Of a DNA stretch of 44,305 nt, positions 40,843 to 44,305 are shown in pieces. The stretch is from contig CANQAQ010000003.1 in assembly GCA_947589275.1 (NCBI GenBank), positions 1 through 44,305 on the forward strand. Direction: 5' to 3'. Position numbers and translations under genes: made by a program. Position 1 is the first letter of the stretch; each line of letters starts with the position of its first letter. Below the pieces are notes generated by a model. That model searched no databases, had not been told where the DNA came from, and saw nothing but the letters and a program-made list of their open reading frames with translations. The DNA is from an uncultured Bacilli bacterium (GTDB taxonomy: Bacteria; Bacillota_I; Bacilli_A; RF39; UBA660).

Positions 40843-41688
40843 ATGCAAGTTGAAAAAGATATAGAAGCTGCAAGAGGGTTAATAAAAGGAGATATAGAAA
40901 AATATTATAAAATGGGTTATAGAAGAATAAAATTATTTACTAATAGACCATTAAAATTCTTTAAAAAATATAATTTAAATAATAAAGATGTATTATCAAA
41001 ATATGAAACTGGTGATGAGGTAATTGATTTATTATCTTATGGAGCAAATGTAACATGTTATAGTTCAAATAGATTGGATGAATATTTTTTATATTTAAAA
41101 CTTGCATTCTTATCACAAAATTATAATGATTTTTTTACATTTTATTTTAATAAATATAAAAATAGTTTTAATGCATTTACAAAAGAAGGTTATTTAAAGG
41201 TAAGAGATAATTTAGATGAAAAAACTAGATATTTTTTTGATGAAATTTTTAAACTAAATATACCAAACATATTAAAAACAAGATTATTTACTGATACAAC
41301 TTTATCTTATGATATATTAAAAGAGCATTATATTAGGTATTTTATTAATAGTAGGTATTATGAAGCAAGAAATAATTTAGAAACAAAAAAAGTAGAATTT
41401 ATTCTTGCAACTGATGGTAAGATACCATCAAAATTAGATGGGAAATTATTTAATTTTATTAATTTATCTTACAATATGGATAAAGAAAAATTAGAATATA
41501 TAAAATCTAAAATACAAAGTTATTTTGTACCTATGTTAGCAGAATATGGAAAAATTCAATGTTTTGTTTTAGATAATGATATTGATATAGATGGTTATAA
41601 AAAAATTGAAGTAAATGGTATTCAGCCTTCTTTAAATATGGGTGAAGAACGTAAAACATATTATGCATATGTGTATAAAAATGTATAA
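40843..41688 (+). CDS. Divergent DUF3419-like (SAM-dependent transferase fold) protein
   Basis: LFTN..L, KDVL....GD, N.LDEYFLYLK.A, FNFINLS pattern; SD GGAGG. Confidence 0.5.
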   Translation: MQVEKDIEAARGLIKGDIEKYYKMGYRRIKLFTNRPLKFFKKYNLNNKDVLSKYETGDEVIDLLSYGANVTCYSSNRLDEYFLYLKLAFLSQNYNDFFTFYFNKYKNSFNAFTKEGYLKVRDNLDEKTRYFFDEIFKLNIPNILKTRLFTDTTLSYDILKEHYIRYFINSRYYEARNNLETKKVEFILATDGKIPSKLDGKLFNFINLSYNMDKEKLEYIKSKIQSYFVPMLAEYGKIQCFVLDNDIDIDGYKKIEVNGIQPSLNMGEERKTYYAYVYKNV

Positions 41689-41746
41689 TTTATTGACAAC
41701 AATTTATTATAAGTAATAAAATAATATTGTCTAAAGGAGTGATAAA

Positions 41747-43363
41747 ATGGGGAAAGTATATATATTTGGACATCAAAATCCAGATACAGATTCGGTAACT
41801 GCGTCAATTAGTCTTTCTTACTTAAAAAATAAATTAGGTATGAATACAGAACCAAGAATTTTAGGACATATAAATAAAGAAACAAAGTATGCTCTTAGTT
41901 ATTTTAATGTTAAAGAGCCTAAGTATTTAAATGATGTTAAATTACAATTAAAAGATGTAGAATATTTAAAAGGTATATATATAAATAAAAATAGTTCTAT
42001 ATATGATGTGTATGAATATTTAAATAATAAAGGTATAACAGGGGTACCTATAGTAGATGATGATAATAAGTATATTGGTATTATTACTGTTAAGGATATA
42101 GCAAAAGAATTAATAAAAGGGGATATTCATTTTTTAGATGCTAATTACGATAATATATTAAATGTAATAAATGGTGAAGAAATACTTAAATTTGATGATA
42201 ATATAAAAGGTAATGTACTTGTTGCGTCATATAGAAGTACAACATTTTTAAATAATATTAATTTAAATAAGGATAATATCTTAATAGTAGGAGATAGGCA
42301 TAGTATTATTGAAGATGCTGTAATTAAAGGAATAAAATTAATTATAATTACAGGAAATGGTGAGATAAAGGATAAACATTTAGAAATAGCAAAACAAAAT
42401 AGAGTTAATATTATTAGAACAGAAAATGATTCCTTCTATACATCAAAATCTATTGGTTTATCAAATTCAATAAGTTTATTAATTAGAAATGATGATTCAA
42501 AAATATTTAGAGAAAATGATTATTATGATGACTTTGTTAATATAACTAAAAAATTAAAACATAATAACTATCCTATTCTTGATAATCACAATAAATGTTT
42601 AGGATTAATAAGAATAACTGAAATAGTAAAAAATAATAACAAAGAAGTTATATTAGTAGATCATCAAGAAATAGATCAAAGTGTAACTGGTTTAGAAGAA
42701 GCAAATATATTAGAAATAGTAGATCATCATAAAATAGGAAATATAAATACTAATACTCCTATTAATTTTAGAAATATGGCAGTAGGTAGTACAAATACAA
42801 TTATATATTTTATGTATGATGAAAGTAATATTAAAATACCTAAAGATATAGCTGGAATTATGCTTTCTGGAATACTTTCTGATACATTATGTTTAAAAAG
42901 CCCAACAACAACTTCCTTAGATAAAAAGGTAGTAGAAAGTTTATCAAAAATTATAGGTATAGATTATGAAAAATATGCTATTAATATGTTTAGAGCAGGT
43001 ACATCAATTGAAGGTTTAAGCGTAGAAGAAGTAATTAAAAATGATTTTAAATCATTTCCAGTTGGGGATGAAAAAATATCAATAGGTCAAGTATTTACTT
43101 TAGATGTTGATAAAATATTTAACAAAATTGATGATTACATAAAAAAATTAGAAGAAATAAATACTAGAGAAGGATACAAGTTTACTATTATTTGTATAAC
43201 AGATATACTTAAAAATGGTTCATATATTCTTTATACTAAATATGCAAAAAAAATACTAGAAAATATATATAATATAGATGATATAAATCAAGGATACTAT
43301 ATTGATGGGTTAGTATCTAGAAAAAAACAAATATTACCATTAGTAATATCTGAATTAAATTAA
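41747..43363 (+). CDS. ppaC: Mn-dependent inorganic pyrophosphatase with CBS and DRTGG domains
   Basis: GHQNPDTDS, VGDR, DHH, GILSDT, SRKKQ. Confidence 0.94.
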   Translation: MGKVYIFGHQNPDTDSVTASISLSYLKNKLGMNTEPRILGHINKETKYALSYFNVKEPKYLNDVKLQLKDVEYLKGIYINKNSSIYDVYEYLNNKGITGVPIVDDDNKYIGIITVKDIAKELIKGDIHFLDANYDNILNVINGEEILKFDDNIKGNVLVASYRSTTFLNNINLNKDNILIVGDRHSIIEDAVIKGIKLIIITGNGEIKDKHLEIAKQNRVNIIRTENDSFYTSKSIGLSNSISLLIRNDDSKIFRENDYYDDFVNITKKLKHNNYPILDNHNKCLGLIRITEIVKNNNKEVILVDHQEIDQSVTGLEEANILEIVDHHKIGNINTNTPINFRNMAVGSTNTIIYFMYDESNIKIPKDIAGIMLSGILSDTLCLKSPTTTSLDKKVVESLSKIIGIDYEKYAINMFRAGTSIEGLSVEEVIKNDFKSFPVGDEKISIGQVFTLDVDKIFNKIDDYIKKLEEINTREGYKFTIICITDILKNGSYILYTKYAKKILENIYNIDDINQGYYIDGLVSRKKQILPLVISELN

Positions 43364-43370
43364 AAAAATA

Positions 43371-43400
43371 TTGACAAAAATAATAATAAAAATGTATACT
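43371..43400 (+). promoter_or_regulatory. sigmaA promoter of the pilin-leader/fibre gene
   Basis: TTGACA-N18-TATACT. Confidence 0.6.
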
Positions 43401-43426
43401 TAAATAAAAAATAGGATAGTGATAAA

Positions 43427-44203
43427 ATGAATAAAAAAGGATTTGCATCATCAGTAATAATATATACAATATTTGCAATATTTTTAGTAGCAATAAGTAT
43501 AATGTTATTTACAGTAAATAATAGTGTTGCGTTAAACAAAGCATTAAATGAAGGTACATTAAACAATATATCATATGGATCAGATTCAGTAAGTGATTTA
43601 GAAGAAAGAATTGCAGCATTAGAAAGTACTATAGTGGATAAAATATATCCAGTTGGAAGTATATATATAAGTGCTGAAGATGATACAGTCGAAAAAGTAA
43701 AAGAAAGATTTGGAGGAGAATGGGAAGCATATTCAAAAGGTACAACACTTGTAGGAAGTGGAACATATACTGATAGTAATGGTAATGTAGCAACATATAC
43801 TGTAAATGGAAAACAAGAAGGTAGTAACTTGGTAAAATTAACAACAGAAAACTTACCAAGTCATAGTCATAGTATAAGTCATACTCATACATATAGTGGA
43901 ACAACAGCTGGTTCTGGTAGTCATACACATTCATTTTCTAATGGAGGTAATGCTATTGTAGTAGGATCTAATGTTAATCATACTACTTATGCTGATGGAT
44001 TTGCATCATTTACAAATGGTGGCTGGTGGAATCAGACTAACAAAGCATCTTCTGCTATAGCTTCTGTTGCTAATCATACACATACGTATAGCGGAACAAC
44101 AAAACAAGCAAGCACTACAACAAGTGGACTTACAGGGTCAGGGACAGCATTTAATGCACATGATCCATATATAACAGTTTATATGTATAAAAGGGTAAAA
44201 TAA
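43427..44203 (+). CDS. Prepilin-like leader fused to a phage baseplate gp10-C/tail-fibre-like domain
   Basis: MNKKG|F plus hydrophobic helix; IYPVGSIYIS..FGGEWE..LVG..LTTENLPSHSH..PYITVYMYKR; four HxH doublets. Confidence 0.8.
   Translation: MNKKGFASSVIIYTIFAIFLVAISIMLFTVNNSVALNKALNEGTLNNISYGSDSVSDLEERIAALESTIVDKIYPVGSIYISAEDDTVEKVKERFGGEWEAYSKGTTLVGSGTYTDSNGNVATYTVNGKQEGSNLVKLTTENLPSHSHSISHTHTYSGTTAGSGSHTHSFSNGGNAIVVGSNVNHTTYADGFASFTNGGWWNQTNKASSAIASVANHTHTYSGTTKQASTTTSGLTGSGTAFNAHDPYITVYMYKRVK
43880..44101 (+). repeat. Intragenic 27-nt direct repeat (HTHTYSGTT x2)
   Basis: 43880-43906 catactcatacatatagtggaacaaca versus 44075-44101 catacacatacgtatagcggaacaaca (24/27 identical). Confidence 0.85.
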
Positions 44204-44299
44204 TACCTTTTTTATTTACAAATAAAATGTAAAATCCTTGTTTTAAAAGGATTTTTTATGTTATAATACAAAATAGTGGATAGTAGAGGAGAAGTAGTT

Positions 44300-44305
44300 A
44301 TGGCA
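44300..44305 (+). CDS. Start of the next gene (truncated by the window edge)
   Basis: SD GAGGAG and TG-TTATAAT upstream of ATG GCA. Confidence 0.5.

Noticed and set aside
36672-43934. Minus-strand Tyr/Leu/His-rich ORFs at 36672, 36835, 38328, 39532, 43360 and 43629
   Set aside because: Low-complexity antisense shadows of purine/A-rich sense genes; no SD or motifs
36245-44203. Diversity-generating retroelement
   Set aside because: No reverse transcriptase and no TR/VR pair differing only at adenines in the window; only the compositional anomaly is reported
43427-44305. Prophage or tailocin around the fibre-like gene
   Set aside because: No other phage structural, lysis or integrase genes upstream; the gene has its own promoter and terminator. 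Sequence beyond the window edge is unseen
1-44305. Mycoplasma-type genetic code 4
   Set aside because: Long ORFs are intact under code 11, conserved Trp residues use TGG, and TGA serves as a stop at 12366-12368

Overview
Very AT-rich chromosomal window using standard code 11 (Trp is TGG; a TGA stop overlaps the next ATG at 12365-12368). It comes from a reduced-genome member of Bacilli; an RF39-like gut lineage is my inference from composition, gene content and a condensed Bacillus subtilis-like gene order. The backbone is housekeeping: T-box-valS; T-box-[P-loop kinase]-alaS-mltG; ireB-yqgF-DUF1292-trmR-two U32 tRNA hydroxylases; greA; tig; lon; yqeG-yqeH; dnaG-sigA-trmK; def; an ftsW/rodA/spoVE-family gene; ppaC. 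Sporulation-type genes (spoVID-like, ysxE-like, yszA-like, yqfQ/vrrA-like, YjcZ family) are interspersed, several with sigE-, sigK- or sigH-like promoter motifs. I found no rRNA, tRNA, CRISPR array, transposase, integrase or reverse transcriptase. The most unusual signal is a dispersed type IV pilus-like export set: an N-terminally extended PilC plus PilD, an 882-aa pilin-fused adhesin, and a protein with a prepilin-like leader fused to a phage baseplate/tail-fibre (gp10/gp12/gp37-like, HxH needle) domain. The two pilin-type genes have constant regions whose synonymous sites are almost all A, flanking probable binding regions that are T-rich, which suggests modular exchange or a targeted diversification process. 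Both T-box leaders also appear to lack a terminator and instead carry an anti-Shine-Dalgarno, suggesting translational control. All family assignments are from motif recognition, not database searches.
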